Shown: piece by piece, positions 53,727 through 63,219 of the stretch
Layout: each line of letters opens with the position of its first letter
Numbering within the stretch: position 1 is the stretch's first letter
Source of the DNA: a virus
Direction: 5' to 3' (one strand)
IMG/VR virus record: IMGVR_UViG_3300022752_000035
Coordinates: 31,985-95,984 of that record
Length of the DNA stretch: 64,000 bases
The notes under the pieces: generated by a model
Database searches by the model: none
What the model was told of the DNA's origin: nothing
What the model saw: only the letters and a program-made list of their open reading frames with translations
Translations under genes and position numbers: made by a program

Positions 53727-56700
53727 TTAATAGCAATATACTCTAACAGTATCTCTAAGCCCTGATGGATTTATAGTAAAAGCTGGCGTAAATAAAGAGC
53801 ATACTACAAAATCCCCAATATTCAATGGAACTGGCGGAGTAATTAATCCAGTAAAATTATTAGGAATATTAGTGTTTGTACTTAAAATAGATGTACTAAT
53901 TACTCCTAGAGTATTTGTTGTTGCATTAATAAAATATCCTGTAGAATTTAAAGCTGGTGAAGGTAGTGAAGTTCCTGCTATATGTTGCCAACTAGCTTTT
54001 CTTGCTGTACCGCTTTCTAATACTTGAATATATCTTCTATTAGGACCAGAAGCATTAAAACCTAAATTACCTGGTGCAAAATAATTATGACCACCACCAA
54101 TTGCAGGTTGATCACTAGTATGGTCAAATGATAATACAAAGAAATTATTTGAAGATGCAGCAGCTTCTCCAACAAGAAGAACTCCAGATCCATTCACAGT
54201 TGGTCTTGTATTTAAAGAAACATTACCTGTTATATTAACAGATATTCCAGATAAATTTAAAACATCAATTTCATTTAAATTAAAATTATTGAAAATTCCA
54301 GTACCAGAAACTTGAATATTGTTGATGAAAGTTTTATTTCCGCTGATAATTTGATTACCTGTAGTATAAATAATTGTGTCAGGTAAACTTGCTGCTTCTC
54401 CGCTAAGAAGAACTCCTGTTCCATTCACAGTAGGACGATTAGTAAATTGACCATTAGATTTTGTAACATAAGTATTTGATGCGTTTGTAGAGGTTAAATA
54501 AGCACTAAGGTCTACGCCCGTAATAAATCCGCTAGGATTATTTTTTGTATAGTAATTCGAAAGGTCTACGCCCGTAATAAATCCGCTAGGATTATTTTTT
54601 GTATAGTAATTTGAAAGGTCTACGCCTGTCAATACTTGATTTCCGCTAATATAAATATTACCATCTACTACATTTAATCCACTAGTATTAACAATTACCT
54701 TATCCATAGCTAAACCACTTCCAATATTAGTAGTTCTAAATGATATATAAGTTCCTTGTCCAGTATAACCTTGTCTAACTACCCAATCTTCTGCTGCTAA
54801 TGATCTTATTGCAGCTCTACTATTTGATGAGTATTGATTTAATCCAGAAATATAACCTCTTCCTTGCAAATTAAATAAAACATCATCTTTTAAAACTCCA
54901 GAAAGACCAGTTGGAATTCCTCTTGCTCTTCTCATTAATATTTGAGGACCATTAATTCCATAAGCATCAATTGATATACCTGCATTTTCATTTGTATTTC
55001 CAGCTATATTTAAACGAAAATCTAAATTTGATGTATCATATCCATTTCCAGTATAAGCATTAAGAGATATAGTATCTGCAAAAGTTTTATCTCCACTTAT
55101 AGTTTGTTTTCCTTTTGTTAATACTAAATTTGGATTATTTATGCTACCGCCAACAGTTAAATTATTTGTTATATTTAAATTATCATTAAAATAAGCTGAG
55201 CCACTTCCTCTTATATTTCCAGTTACAATAATATCATTTTGGAAAAGTGCATTTGAGATGAAGGTCTTAGCTCCTGCAATATTTTGTGGTCCAGTTAATT
55301 GAACATAATTCGTAAGATCTACTCCAGTAATAAATCCGCTAGGATTATTTTTCGTATAATAATTCGTAAGATCTACTCCAGTAATAAATCCGCTAGGATT
55401 ATTTTTCGTATAATAATTCGTAAGATCTACTCCAGTAATAAATCCGCTAGGATTATTTTTCGTATAATAATTCGTAAGATCTACTCCAGTTAAAACTGGT
55501 TTTCCAGAAATATAAATACTTCCATTTCCAGTAACATAAACATTTCCATCGATTAAATTAATATTTGTTCCAGAAAATTGAAAATCACTAATATTGCTAA
55601 GGTCTACAGCATTAAATATGCCAGTGCCTTGAACTTCTAAATTATTTATAAAAATTTTATTTCCACTAATAGTTTGATCGCCAGTAGTAAATATTATATT
55701 GCTAGATGAAGAATTTATATACCCACTAAGATTATTTATATTTGTTTGTAATGTATCGCCAGTATTTGTTAAATTAGTTATTGTACTAAATCTATTATTA
55801 GCATAACCACTATAATCGCTAAGATCATGATAACCCATTACTTCATCAAGAGTAGAAACATCTGTTAATCTTGTCCCTTGACCAAAATGCCAAGTTTTTG
55901 TTATATTATCAAAACCAAAAATAACTCCAGTATCATTTATACCAGTTAATCCTTCTCCAGTAACAAAGAAAATTCCTCCATCAGTTAAACCTCCAGTAAG
56001 ATTTAAAAGTAAATAAGGACTTGATATATTATTATTTGTTGTATTTAAAATTGTTTCTGTACCCGTTACATAAAGACTATTAATATAAACTTTATCTCTA
56101 AATATTTTGATTCCGTCTATACCTTGATTACCGTATAATAAAACAGAATCTCCACTTAATGCATTTATAGCATTATATAAATTAATCCCAGAAGAATTTA
56201 AAGTGCCACTTAAAGAATTAATTTTATTATTTAAAGTAGTTCCTGTTAAATCAAGATTTGTAATAGTAGAAAAAGTAGAATTAATATCTCCAGAAAATCC
56301 AGTAAATTGAGCATTAAGAACTACTGCGTCATTATTTACTAAAACTGTATTTCCATCTATTATAACAGAGCTTGTTCCAATTTTAATTCCACTTATAAAA
56401 TATCCACTGCCATAAACATAAAGATCATTTCCAATTATAGTATTAGAACCTGAAAATGTTTTCTGTCCTAAAATATTTTGATCTCCATATAATAGAACAG
56501 AATCACCGCTTAACGAATTAATCGAATTGGTTAGGTCGATTCCAGAAGCGTCTAACGCACCGCTTAACGAATTAATCGAATTGGTTAGGTCGATTCCAGA
56601 AGCGTCTAACGCACCGCTTAACGAATTAATCGAATTGGTTAGGTCACCACTTATTAAAATTCCAGTACCATTTACAGTAGGGCGAACTCCAAAAGTAATT

Positions 56701-57461
56701 TCATTTCCAGAAACTACAAAAAGATCATCTTCAGTTTCATCTCCTACGATGATACTATCTATAAAATTTTTATTACCAGATATTATTTGATCACCTGTTC
56801 TGTAAACAATTGTTTCTGGTAAATTTGCGACTTCACCACTTAGCAATACTCCCGTTCCATTTACCATTGGTCGATCTTTAAAAAGAGTCGTACCACTATT
56901 TGTAATTCTTAATCTTTCTATTCCATTGCTAGGATTTGAAGATGTATAAAATATTATGTCTCCTCCTTGCCAATTATATTGCTCAAGATTATTATCTTGT
57001 ATTCCAAAAAATACTCCTTGACCAGCTCCACTATGATTTAAAATTTCTAACCATGTAGCAGGAGAATTAGATTGAACACTTAGTGAATATGAAGAATTGG
57101 GATCTACCACTCCATTTTCATCATTTCCAATTATTAAACGACCGCTTTTAACTTGATTGCCAGTTGTAAAAATTACATTATTATTTAATTTATTAAATTT
57201 AGATTCAAAATATCCACTATTACCAGAAATATAAATTGTATTAATACTATTGTCAAATATATAAACTCCATCTAATCCTGTTAAGAATAAATACTTTCCA
57301 GTTAAATTATTAATCTCTGCATTTAAGCCTTGATCTCCTTTTTCTCCTCTAGGACCTTGAGAACCAGGAATTAAAACATTAGCAGAAAGAATTTGAGTTG
57401 GAGATGTTACATCAACAGATACAGCATTAGGCAGTGTTACATCAACGTTTATTTCTGACAT
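53727..57461 (-). CDS. repeat-rich fibre protein (head, neck or tail fibre)
   Basis: Short collagen GXY run; repeated TGxQxISGxKxF and RPxVNGxGVLL motifs; 18-aa tandem repeats. Confidence 0.75.
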   Translation of the reverse strand: MSEINVDVTLPNAVSVDVTSPTQILSANVLIPGSQGPRGEKGDQGLNAEINNLTGKYLFLTGLDGVYIFDNSINTIYISGNSGYFESKFNKLNNNVIFTTGNQVKSGRLIIGNDENGVVDPNSSYSLSVQSNSPATWLEILNHSGAGQGVFFGIQDNNLEQYNWQGGDIIFYTSSNPSNGIERLRITNSGTTLFKDRPMVNGTGVLLSGEVANLPETIVYRTGDQIISGNKNFIDSIIVGDETEDDLFVVSGNEITFGVRPTVNGTGILISGDLTNSINSLSGALDASGIDLTNSINSLSGALDASGIDLTNSINSLSGDSVLLYGDQNILGQKTFSGSNTIIGNDLYVYGSGYFISGIKIGTSSVIIDGNTVLVNNDAVVLNAQFTGFSGDINSTFSTITNLDLTGTTLNNKINSLSGTLNSSGINLYNAINALSGDSVLLYGNQGIDGIKIFRDKVYINSLYVTGTETILNTTNNNISSPYLLLNLTGGLTDGGIFFVTGEGLTGINDTGVIFGFDNITKTWHFGQGTRLTDVSTLDEVMGYHDLSDYSGYANNRFSTITNLTNTGDTLQTNINNLSGYINSSSSNIIFTTGDQTISGNKIFINNLEVQGTGIFNAVDLSNISDFQFSGTNINLIDGNVYVTGNGSIYISGKPVLTGVDLTNYYTKNNPSGFITGVDLTNYYTKNNPSGFITGVDLTNYYTKNNPSGFITGVDLTNYVQLTGPQNIAGAKTFISNALFQNDIIVTGNIRGSGSAYFNDNLNITNNLTVGGSINNPNLVLTKGKQTISGDKTFADTISLNAYTGNGYDTSNLDFRLNIAGNTNENAGISIDAYGINGPQILMRRARGIPTGLSGVLKDDVLFNLQGRGYISGLNQYSSNSRAAIRSLAAEDWVVRQGYTGQGTYISFRTTNIGSGLAMDKVIVNTSGLNVVDGNIYISGNQVLTGVDLSNYYTKNNPSGFITGVDLSNYYTKNNPSGFITGVDLSAYLTSTNASNTYVTKSNGQFTNRPTVNGTGVLLSGEAASLPDTIIYTTGNQIISGNKTFINNIQVSGTGIFNNFNLNEIDVLNLSGISVNITGNVSLNTRPTVNGSGVLLVGEAAASSNNFFVLSFDHTSDQPAIGGGHNYFAPGNLGFNASGPNRRYIQVLESGTARKASWQHIAGTSLPSPALNSTGYFINATTNTLGVISTSILSTNTNIPNNFTGLITPPVPLNIGDFVVCSLFTPAFTINPSGLRDTVRVYCY
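54507..54626 (-). repeat. 54-bp tandem repeat, about 2.2 copies
   Basis: Encodes SNYYTKNNPSGFITGVDL. Confidence 0.92.
55305..55490 (-). repeat. 54-bp tandem repeat, about 3.4 identical copies
   Basis: Unit ataattcgtaagatctactccagtaataaatccgctaggattatttttcgtata; encodes TGVDLTNYYTKNNPSGFI. Confidence 0.95.
56504..56645 (-). repeat. 54-bp tandem repeat, about 2.6 identical copies
   Basis: Encodes DLTNSINSLSGALDASGI. Confidence 0.95.
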
Positions 57462-57465
57462 AACT

Positions 57466-57810
57466 TTATCTCGTAGTTTCTGGTGATACTATAAATTTTC
57501 CAAGCATTAATTTTATGGTATTTCCTGTTGGAATACCAGATGGAAACCTTTCTATATCATAAACAAATTGTCCTACTGGTAAATCTTTAGTAATTGTAGA
57601 ATCTATGGTTATATTAATCGTTCCAGAAACATGACTTATAATATTAGGATTTAAATCTAATAAAATTCCTGTAGAACCATATCCATTTCTAACTTGCCCA
57701 CGGACATCATATCCGCTTAGGTTAAGTCTATTATTATCAGTATCTTTTACTGAGAGAGTTGCTTGAAGAAAATCGCCTTGATATGTAGATATATTATAAT
57801 TAGTTGCCAT
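57466..57810 (-). CDS. small Ig-like structural adaptor (BppU-N-like)
   Basis: YQGD...NLSGY..RGQVR...G.I.I.I...T..LP.G..VYDIE; GTGTAA 8 nt upstream. Confidence 0.6.
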   Translation of the reverse strand: MATNYNISTYQGDFLQATLSVKDTDNNRLNLSGYDVRGQVRNGYGSTGILLDLNPNIISHVSGTINITIDSTITKDLPVGQFVYDIERFPSGIPTGNTIKLMLGKFIVSPETTR

Positions 57811-57847
57811 AGTAATAATTACACATGGCAGAAAAAATTAAGCAGAA

Positions 57848-58195
57848 TTAATCTGATAATAATTTTCTTACTTTGGCTTCTTTTGTTTCGTCTTTATTTT
57901 CTTGTTTTCGGACTGGTTGATATTTTGTAACATGTTTTTTAAATTCTGCAATCAATCTTTTAACAAGAAGTTCTCGGCTATCAATTGGAACAAGTCCTAA
58001 TTTTGCAGCATGATTTTGAAGATCACTTTTATTCATTTCTGCTAATTGTTGAGTATACTCTGAAACATCGAGGGTTTTATATTTTGAAAGACCATCATCA
58101 CCCCAAAGCTGATCTAAACTTTGAACTGTTTCTTTACTTTCATCTTTGCCATGAGCTTGATGAAGATCATTTAATTTTAATTTCTTTTTTGCCAT
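57848..58195 (-). CDS. hypothetical protein with Rho-N/HeH-like helical motif
   Basis: MNKSDLQNHAAKLGL...SRELLVKRL. Confidence 0.5.
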   Translation of the reverse strand: MAKKKLKLNDLHQAHGKDESKETVQSLDQLWGDDGLSKYKTLDVSEYTQQLAEMNKSDLQNHAAKLGLVPIDSRELLVKRLIAEFKKHVTKYQPVRKQENKDETKEAKVRKLLSD

Positions 58196-58241
58196 ATTTT
58201 TGCCTTTAACCTTATTATATTAATAAACTATATTCTTTTCC

Positions 58242-58282
58242 AAAAAAAGAAAACCCCCCAAGGGTTAACCTTGAGGGGTCTT
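58242..58282 (-). terminator. intrinsic terminator after the major capsid gene
   Basis: AAGACCCCTCAAGGTTAACCCTTGGGGGGTTTTCTTTTTTT. Confidence 0.88.
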
Positions 58283-58302
58283 CATAACCGATTAGATCAG
58301 AA

Positions 58303-59463
58303 TTATGATTGTGATCCAAGAACGATACCACCGACTGCGCGAGCGTCCAAGCAAACGCGACCTTCTTCTACGAATCCATAGAAGCCTGTCTTGTCTTGGC
58401 GAGCAGCATAGAATTGGTCGTCTGGTAGGACAACAAATTGACCACCGCTCTCGGCTTGGCGAGCTACTGGGCGTACGAATGCATCACGTGTTCCATCAAC
58501 AGCTACGATGAGTTCGTCAGAATTAGTTGTGAAGTTTCCGTAGAAACCATCAGTATCAGTTGGAGTACCAGAAGCAGTACTGTTCCAAACTGATGCAAAT
58601 AGACTGTTGTATCTTTGGTTTAGGCCAAGTTCAAGTAATTCATGGATTGTGATACCATAAATTTCTTCTGTGCCTGCGCCACGATAGATATCTTCACGAA
58701 CACTATTTGGTACGGAAGATTGACCAGTTCCACTTGTTGGGAATATTGGATTATAAGCAAATGCTCTGATAGCAGCTTTAACTTCTGGACTAACATAAAT
58801 GTCTGTTACTCCGCGAGTTTCAGCAGCTGTACCACCAGCAAAGCTTTGACTAACTCTTTTCATACGAGTTACGAGTCTGTTTAGATCTGCTAGTGTGAAA
58901 TTAGCAGCAGAAGTACCGCCATCAACTAAATGACGGAGACTTCCATTACTACCTACGGTAGCAGCTTTACCATTTTTTGTGGCAGCTTCAGCAACAGCTT
59001 TGAGAACTACGGCCCAAGCATTACGTTCTTGTTTTATAAGAACTTCTTGGGTCATGCGCTCGATAGCTTTACTTACTACATCAAGACGGCTCTTGCGAGC
59101 ATAACGCTTGTGGAAACTAACAGCACTATCCAAACGATAGGTACTGAATTTCATCTCTTGTACTGGAACGTCAACAGTAGAAGTTGGAAGACCACCTGCT
59201 ACATTTTGACTCCATACGGAGATTAAACCAGCATCTTCGTTGTAGTATAGATCAAGAGGAATAGAAGGACTATCATCTTCATCATATGCCATATCTGTAT
59301 AAAGAGAGGCTGATAGAGCGGTTTCGTTAAGAACCTTTTGAACAACTGGTCCAATAAAAGCTGCAAAAGCTTCTAGAGCTTCACGACTTTCTGTACCATT
59401 ACGAGAACCCATAGCTTTGATGAGTTCAACTTGCTCTGGTGTATTTTTTAATTTTAATTTCAT
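58303..59463 (-). CDS. major capsid protein
   Basis: 386 aa, after protease and decoration genes; AGGAG SD, biased codons, terminator; DIYVSPE and GFYGFVEEG are HK97-fold-like. Confidence 0.82.
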   Translation of the reverse strand: MKLKLKNTPEQVELIKAMGSRNGTESREALEAFAAFIGPVVQKVLNETALSASLYTDMAYDEDDSPSIPLDLYYNEDAGLISVWSQNVAGGLPTSTVDVPVQEMKFSTYRLDSAVSFHKRYARKSRLDVVSKAIERMTQEVLIKQERNAWAVVLKAVAEAATKNGKAATVGSNGSLRHLVDGGTSAANFTLADLNRLVTRMKRVSQSFAGGTAAETRGVTDIYVSPEVKAAIRAFAYNPIFPTSGTGQSSVPNSVREDIYRGAGTEEIYGITIHELLELGLNQRYNSLFASVWNSTASGTPTDTDGFYGNFTTNSDELIVAVDGTRDAFVRPVARQAESGGQFVVLPDDQFYAARQDKTGFYGFVEEGRVCLDARAVGGIVLGSQS

Positions 59464-59483
59464 TTAAGTTTTTCTCCTATGAA

Positions 59484-60041
59484 TTAGAGCTCTAGTTTGA
59501 GTAGAGCAAAGCCATCTGAATCAGTGGCTCCTAGGAACTTGCCAATTTCAGCGCGACCAGCAGGAACTGTGGCTGCACCAGAGATTGTACCGTTACCATT
59601 TGCGAAAGCCTTGTCGCCAGCGCTAATAGCAGCAGCCTTGTAAAGAACAAGACCTTTGGTTAGAACTGGAACAGCTTGACCTGAAGCTACTGCACTTAGT
59701 TCAGCAGCACGAGCTGGCTTGTAAATTAGATATTCACCGTTATCGTCAGTTAAACGAACATCGTTTAAAGCAATACCGAGGATAGCAGCATCACCTGTTC
59801 CAGCCTCTGTAACGCGTGGTGTTAAAACGTGATATTGACTAACTGTGCCATTATAAGTTGCAGCATGTGGATTTGCAACTTGAGTAATGCCACCATTAGC
59901 ATCAGTGTTACTCCAACCAGTACTTACTTTTACAAGTGTTCCTTTGTTGGTTGTGCCATCAAACGCAAACAAATTGACGACATCATGTTCGTCATAGCTG
60001 CGAAATGGCTTAATTAGTGTTGTATTTGAGCTATATGCCAT
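59484..60041 (-). CDS. capsid decoration/cement protein
   Basis: LGIALNDV...VPVLTKG...IGKFLG beta-tulip-like pattern; between scaffold and MCP; AGGAG SD. Confidence 0.65.
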   Translation of the reverse strand: MAYSSNTTLIKPFRSYDEHDVVNLFAFDGTTNKGTLVKVSTGWSNTDANGGITQVANPHAATYNGTVSQYHVLTPRVTEAGTGDAAILGIALNDVRLTDDNGEYLIYKPARAAELSAVASGQAVPVLTKGLVLYKAAAISAGDKAFANGNGTISGAATVPAGRAEIGKFLGATDSDGFALLKLEL

Positions 60042-60060
60042 ATATTTTTTCTCCTATATG

Positions 60061-61569
60061 TTATGATACATTGAAACCTTCAATGCTAAAGGCTTTCTTG
60101 TACCTTTCGTACAAGGAAGGTTCATTAGCAGTGGCAGTAGCAGGAACATCAGTTACTTGCTGAATGCCATTGTCTAAAGCTTGATTGACTACTTCTTTAG
60201 CATCAGAAGCTACTACTTCAGAGGCTTTAACTTCAGCTACAACTTCTGTAGCCATAGTTTTCTCTTTCATATCAGCTTCTTTTGCCATTTTTGCTTTTTT
60301 AGCAGCTTTATTTTTTTCTTTCATAAGAACTGCCATCTTATTTTTATAAGCAGCAAAAGTTTCATCATTTAAATCTTTGATATCTGATGCGAGAACTTGA
60401 CGATCTTCGTCAGATAGTTCATATTCCTCATCAAAAGAGGCCATACGAACATTGAAAACTTCTTCACGAATCTTAGCAGCTTTTTCCTCTTCAAGAGCGG
60501 CTAGAGAATTTTTAACTTTCTCTAGTTCTTCTTTCATTGAGGTATAGTCTTTTGTAAGAACTTCATATTTTTCATTAGCAGATTTAATAGCTTCTTCTTT
60601 TTCTTTTCTTTCAAGATCAAAAGCCTCAGAAGCTTTTTTAATTTCTTCTGAGATAAATTCTGCTACTTGGGAAGCTTGAATCTCTTTAAGTGATTCAGCT
60701 GTAATATCTTCGATTTTGGTTATTTTCATAATATTATTAGTATTCTTAGTTGAATTTACATTTAAATCTTCATTTTGTGAAATATTAATTTCATTTGCTT
60801 CTGTAGCCATAACATTAGATAAGTCTTTTTCTTTCTCTTCTACTGCTACTCCTACTACATCTGCTGCTGGTGTTCCAGTCAAACCTATACCTAGTGGTAT
60901 AATATTACCTGTTACTAATCTATATATTTTTTGTCCATTAGGTAGTATGCCTGTGCCACCAAAAGCTCTAGATTTAGATTTTAATTTTTCCATTTCATCA
61001 GCATCTTCTACGACTCTGCCTTCCATAATATTCTTTTTATCATTATCAAGAAGAACAAATTGATATTCATTAAATCCAAGCTCCCAACTTGCGCTTACTC
61101 TCATATAATTTGGACTAGTAGGATCATTACTCTCTTCAACAAGATTAGCTATATCTTTATTTACAACTTTCCACATAACTCCACCAAGAGCAATATTAAA
61201 TGGATCTTTACTATTTATTGCTTCTTGTTCTGTCATTGGCTCTTCAGAGCCAAATGTATTAAATCCGTAATTTAAAATACAACCAACTACTTGAGTACGA
61301 TTATGCTCAAGATTAATTGGTTTATTAACAAAATATTTTGCAATCTCTACTGCTGTTTTATTATCTACAACATCACCATTACGATTAACTCTGCCAGCAA
61401 CAAAAGCGTTTGTTGAAATTGGAAGTAAATCTATATTTTTATCGGTATCAATATTTGGAAGAAATGTCCTTAGACTATCTAATGAAGCTAAGCTAAGATG
61501 CAAATCTTTTTCCTCTGAAACTATACATTTTAATTCAGAGCTAAAAATTGTTGTATATTTTGTTTCCAT
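60061..61569 (-). CDS. prohead protease fused to a coiled-coil scaffold
   Basis: NRNGD, KPINLEH...VVG, ASWEL, GIGLT..PA; C-terminal E/K/A-rich coiled coil. Confidence 0.75.
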   Translation of the reverse strand: METKYTTIFSSELKCIVSEEKDLHLSLASLDSLRTFLPNIDTDKNIDLLPISTNAFVAGRVNRNGDVVDNKTAVEIAKYFVNKPINLEHNRTQVVGCILNYGFNTFGSEEPMTEQEAINSKDPFNIALGGVMWKVVNKDIANLVEESNDPTSPNYMRVSASWELGFNEYQFVLLDNDKKNIMEGRVVEDADEMEKLKSKSRAFGGTGILPNGQKIYRLVTGNIIPLGIGLTGTPAADVVGVAVEEKEKDLSNVMATEANEINISQNEDLNVNSTKNTNNIMKITKIEDITAESLKEIQASQVAEFISEEIKKASEAFDLERKEKEEAIKSANEKYEVLTKDYTSMKEELEKVKNSLAALEEEKAAKIREEVFNVRMASFDEEYELSDEDRQVLASDIKDLNDETFAAYKNKMAVLMKEKNKAAKKAKMAKEADMKEKTMATEVVAEVKASEVVASDAKEVVNQALDNGIQQVTDVPATATANEPSLYERYKKAFSIEGFNVS

Positions 61570-61580
61570 ATTATTTACCT

Positions 61581-62171
61581 TTATAATTCAAAACCGTAAA
61601 TTTGTATATCATCACTTTCATCATCTAGATAAAGTTCTTCTGCGCTATTAAAATCAAAATCATTTAACTCATAATTTTTAATATCTTCATCTGCTTGATT
61701 AAAATCTTCATCACTTGGTTCAAATGATGTATCAATTTCATAACTTTTGCTTGATGCTTTAGCTATATCATTATCAGCTTTTCTATAAGCATCTTTTACT
61801 GGTTTACCGCTAACCATTTTTAAAAACATATTAACTCTTGCCATTGCCCATTGACCTCGTGTTTTTCCTGGTCTATGAGAAGATGAAAATGCACCTGCAC
61901 CACGACGATATACTTTTTTTAATTGACTAAGAGAAACTTTTTTCTTATTTTTACTATTATGCTCTTTGACTTTATTTTTAAGAGCTTCTATTACTTTTTT
62001 AGAAAATTCAATAGCTTTATCAGTAGAAGTTCCAGCGCTGCCTGGTTTATTTTTAGACGATCCTTTTCTCTTTTCGCCTGGTTTAGCAGGAGTTTGAGCG
62101 GATGATTTGGGACCAGGTCTAGCAGCTTTAATAGGTTCAAAGCCGAAATTCTCGGGATTGTCTATACTCAT
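61581..62171 (-). CDS. hypothetical head-module protein (basic core, acidic tail)
   Basis: LKKVYRRGAGAFSSSHRPG...QWAMARVN; GTGTAT motif variant 9 nt upstream. Confidence 0.6.
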   Translation of the reverse strand: MSIDNPENFGFEPIKAARPGPKSSAQTPAKPGEKRKGSSKNKPGSAGTSTDKAIEFSKKVIEALKNKVKEHNSKNKKKVSLSQLKKVYRRGAGAFSSSHRPGKTRGQWAMARVNMFLKMVSGKPVKDAYRKADNDIAKASSKSYEIDTSFEPSDEDFNQADEDIKNYELNDFDFNSAEELYLDDESDDIQIYGFEL

Positions 62172-62213
62172 TTATATAATATACACTTATAAGATAATTA
62201 AAACTAATTAAAA

Positions 62214-62360
62214 TTAAGGAATATATCCTTTAGTCGCATCTTCTGCGCTACCCATAGTTGCGCTATCTGGATATTTTGTAGGTAATTCTCTACTTTGATT
62301 ATTTGTTTCAGAGCAAGATATTAATAAAAATAATGGTAGTATTAATATTAATTTTTTCAT
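62214..62360 (-). CDS. 48-aa lipoprotein (missing from the ORF track)
   Basis: MKKLILILPLFLLISC-SETNNQSRELPTKYPDSATMGSAEDATKGYIP*; lipobox LISC; GTGTAA 10 nt upstream. Confidence 0.78.
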   Translation of the reverse strand: MKKLILILPLFLLISCSETNNQSRELPTKYPDSATMGSAEDATKGYIP

Positions 62361-62379
62361 TATATATTAATTACACATT

Positions 62380-63219
62380 TTAATAAATTGTATATTTTTT
62401 ATTCAAATAAGATTCTACTGTTGATATTTCAGTATCACTTAAAGCTCTACTATATAATATTATTTCATAAATATAAGTTTCTAAACATGCTTCTGCATTA
62501 TAAGTTGGATTAGTATTATATTGAAATGGTGATGCTCCAATATAAACTGGAGCAGAATTTGTATACTGCAAACCTGCTTCTCCACTTGATGTATTTCTAA
62601 GAGCTCCATTATATCTTAATTCTCTAGAAGTATTAGAATTATATCTCGCGGCTATTAATCTTTTAGTATTTAAATTTAATCCTGTGCCAGTTGTATAAGT
62701 AATTGCAGTATCATTATTATTATAACTTTCTAAAGAATATACTATTCCATTATTGTCCATTGATATTTGTATTTTTCTTCTTTTTGAATCTTCCGTACTT
62801 TTAGATATTATTGCTCCACTTTTTCCTCTAGCGACCACAAAAATAGTATATGGAGTTGTTAAATTCAAAGAAGAACTTGCACAAGCTAATACTGTTGCAT
62901 CTGGAGCAGAGTAAGTATTACTAGCGGTAAATTTTAAAGTATTACCAACAACAGTTGGTAAAACATAAGATCCTCCAATTCCTATAGTTGATCTATCAAC
63001 AAAATTTCTATTATTGCCGCTTTGATCTTGCCAAGTTGTTACTCTATTACTAACATTTAAAATTATTCCAGTATCACCTTTTAACCATAATTCAAGATTT
63101 GCTAATTCATTTGGTAATTGATTTGGTGAAACAATTTTATCTGTGGATATTGATCCTAATTTGATTGTTGATTTAAAATCTATTTTTCCAGGACCTGATC
63201 TGCAAGATAAATTACCCAT
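62380..63219 (-). CDS. LamG/concanavalin-A-like domain virion protein
   Basis: LELWLKGD...WQDQSGN...IYEIILYSRALSDTEI..VESYL..KY; GTGTAA 9 nt upstream. Confidence 0.72.
   Translation of the reverse strand: MGNLSCRSGPGKIDFKSTIKLGSISTDKIVSPNQLPNELANLELWLKGDTGIILNVSNRVTTWQDQSGNNRNFVDRSTIGIGGSYVLPTVVGNTLKFTASNTYSAPDATVLACASSSLNLTTPYTIFVVARGKSGAIISKSTEDSKRRKIQISMDNNGIVYSLESYNNNDTAITYTTGTGLNLNTKRLIAARYNSNTSRELRYNGALRNTSSGEAGLQYTNSAPVYIGASPFQYNTNPTYNAEACLETYIYEIILYSRALSDTEISTVESYLNKKYTIY

Noticed and set aside
54507-56645. CRISPR array or DGR template/variable repeats
   Set aside because: Head-to-tail in-frame coding repeats with no spacers, no adenine-specific differences and no reverse transcriptase in the window.
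5468-62105. Short antisense or nested ORFs in the track (e.g. 5468-5665, 46294-46608, 50500-50901, 60716-61063)
   Set aside because: They are shadows of long genes with no promoter or RBS support and no recognisable motifs.
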